DNA of 64,000 bases. Source: the human T2T-CHM13v2.0 reference genome, Homo sapiens. The translations under genes were made by a program, and so were the position numbers. Below, piece by piece: positions 62,065 to 64,000 of this stretch. The stretch lies in NCBI RefSeq assembly GCF_009914755.1, contig NC_060925.1. One strand, written 5' to 3'. Each line of letters opens with the position of its first letter. The first letter of the stretch is position 1. Below the pieces are notes generated by a model, which was not told the DNA's origin, did not search any database, and worked only from the letters and a program-made list of their open reading frames with translations.

Positions 62065-62267
62065 CAGTGGTGTAATGGTAAATGTTTAACAACAAGCTCT
62101 TGGCAGGAGGAGAGGAGCTGCTTGTTGGTGGTGTTTGCCAATTTACACTCCCACCATGACTGACTTCAAGTTATCGGTGTGACATCACTGAAAGCAGATT
62201 TAGAAGACAATGGCTGCAATTGCCTCCTACAATCACCAGAATGAGCCAGCTGCATCATGTTACCATT
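62065..62267. mobile_element. hAT-Blackjack MITE (MER63-like)
   Basis: CAGTGGTGTAATGGTAAATGTTTAACAAC terminus; degenerate 8-bp TSD-like TCTGAGCC / TTTAAGCC. Confidence 0.7.
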
Positions 62268-62589
62268 TAAGCCCCCTGAGAATGGAGGACTCTGATCCAT
62301 GACTGTGGCAGATTCTGAATCCCTGGGTATGGAAGACTCTGAGGTCCTGAGTCTGGAGAAATCACAGCTCAGAAGTCTGAAGGACTCCCAAGGCCCTGGC
62401 ATGGAGGACTCCAAGCCATGCACACGGCTAACCCCGTATCACTTGATTTATGGCATCCTCTCTCTAAACCAATGAGGTCAACTCAAAGACTTAAGAGGAC
62501 ATGAAAGGCAAGAATGCTCTGAAAAACTGACATTCCTAATGGCCTAATAGGTCCTGACAATATCTTAATAGCTCTAATAACACATATAT

Positions 62590-63265
62590 ATTTAAAGCAT
62601 TTCCTCCGATCCGGGAGACCTAGAATTTGATCACCCAGTAGGTAAGGCTCATTTCCTAGCTGACACATGAATGGACATGGTGTTTACAGGCATTTTGACA
62701 TACTGTGAGCAGAGGGGTCCCCAGAAGATGGAACAAGGCATGATGAGTAGTTGTGATGGGATATCATGGTGACTTTGGAGGTCCTAATATGTTGCGTAGA
62801 CAAGTAACAGGCTAGTGGGCCTAACTCAGATGGAGGCATCTGTATCAAGGACAAATTTATGTTTATAACTTCATAGTCCCTGGAGGGCTGGCCATGACAC
62901 TTCCTGGTTTGGCAGAGAAAAAATCTGTGCCCTTGGAACCAGTGGAGATGCCCCTGTGTGCTGAGCAAAGCGACAATTCCATCATACCGAGCTTAGAAGA
63001 CACCCTGTGTGTGGACTGTGAAACCCCCACCCCAGCTCTGAACAATGCCCAATCACAAGCTCTGGAAAACACACAGTCTACTGTTTTAGAAAGTCTAGAG
63101 TTCTAGCCCTGTCTCTGGAAAACACTGTCTGCCTCCCCGCAGGAGAAGCTTCCCAAGAATCCTGGCCCCAGAGGACTCTTGATTTTGAGGAAGACCCAAG
63201 GGATGCTTCATTCCTGCCTCTGGAAAACATTTGGTCTCTGACTTTGGAGGGATCCTTCTGACAAA
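62590..63265 (+). pseudogene. Decayed coding-like block, copy C
   Basis: SISSDPGDLEFDH leader (62596), IKDKFMFITS*SLE (62844), then PVEMPLCA..LEDTLCVD..LNNAQSQA/LENTQSTV..LENIWSLT/LEGSF*. Confidence 0.65.
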
Positions 63266-63659
63266 TGTAGGAAAAAGCACTTTGTAAAACTAAAAAGCTC
63301 TGCCTGGCATGCGGCAGATGCTCAATAAATGTGTGTGGAATGAAGGAGTGGTCCTGGGAGATCTTTGCAAACTGCAATGCACAGCACGATCCTCAGATAT
63401 TATTCTTACTGTGACTAAATAAAGCCGTTGTCAGGGTATTATGGGAAACTCCATATTTCTCCCTAACGAGATCTTTTTTCTTGTGAGTTCTCACCAGCCC
63501 GAGAGCATAGGGCCTGGCTCACAGTGGGCATCAATAAACGTTTGATAGATGAATGGATGCATGGATGGATAAATGAGGGCTGCATGGATGGATGAATCGC
63601 TGTGTGGATGATGAGTGAATGGAAGATGGAAGGAGTGGCTGGCACATTTGCCTACTCAA

Positions 63660-64000
63660 CAGCCACCCCCCTCTTCCTCTGCCTTCTTCCTTGCTAAATG
63701 AATCCCAATTTTATTCAAGTCTCTTGCAGCTTAGGAGAAGCCTGTGCCCTCTCCACAGGCAATACATCTTGTTGAGTTTAAGGCCATCAGGATGGTCTCT
63801 TTTCCCTTGCCAGACAGTTGTTTAGGAATAGTCATAGGATGCAATTCTGGCCCAGGAGATATGAAGGGAAGTCTACTGGGGACCCTCCAGGAATATTTTC
63901 CTCATTAGAGGAACACAAACAGGAGACATTCCTTCTTCTGCCTTCAAACACTAATGTGTGAGGATAACATGCATAGAGACGGTGCAGCCATCTTGCAACC
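63660..64000. mobile_element. Old MaLR/ERVL LTR fragment running off the window end
   Basis: CAATTCTGGCCCAGGAGATATGAAGGGAAGTCTACTGGGG..GCAGCCATCTTGCAACC. Confidence 0.65.

Larger units (their letters stand above)
61040..62480 (+). pseudogene. Decayed coding-like block, copy B, interrupted by a MER4A-like LTR and MER63
   Basis: SFHSDLGGLELDH leader (61051); units VKEMPFST/LE*EMILH/LENFLYLP/LEKSMTMN (61240-61335); exact 24-nt spacing at 61952-62048 and 62305-62401. Confidence 0.65.

Noticed and set aside
61737-62141. 134-aa minus-strand ORF with periodic F residues
   Set aside because: Antisense shadow of the 24-nt repeat; it starts in MER63 and ends in the LTR, so it is not an ancestral frame.

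Overview
Primate (most likely human) non-coding genomic DNA from a GC-rich, Alu/MIR/L2-dense region. I recognise no intact protein-coding gene, tRNA, rRNA or CRISPR array, and I cannot name the locus from sequence alone. Much of the ORF track comes from Alu elements and microsatellites; the remaining ORFs show no recognisable homology. The window holds about 30 Alus, old L1/L2/MIR fragments, LTRs (MST, MLT1, LTR33-like, MER4A-like) and DNA transposons (Tigger4, MER5, MER63, MER102-like). Regulatory signals include a divergent pair of strong CTCF motifs (4.1 and 6.8 kb), a CpG island (31.5-32.0 kb), a CpG-rich promoter-like element (48.8-49.0 kb) and several RFX X-boxes. The most interesting signal lies at about 51.8-63.3 kb: three ancient, mutually homologous + strand blocks. 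Each has a unique leader followed by a degenerate 24-nt (8-codon, L-E-N/D-S/T-like) repeat, now broken by stops, frameshifts and transposon insertions. This looks like the fossil of a lost, internally triplicated repeat-protein gene. Repeat subfamily names and boundaries are by eye and approximate; many small MIR/L2 fragments are not listed.
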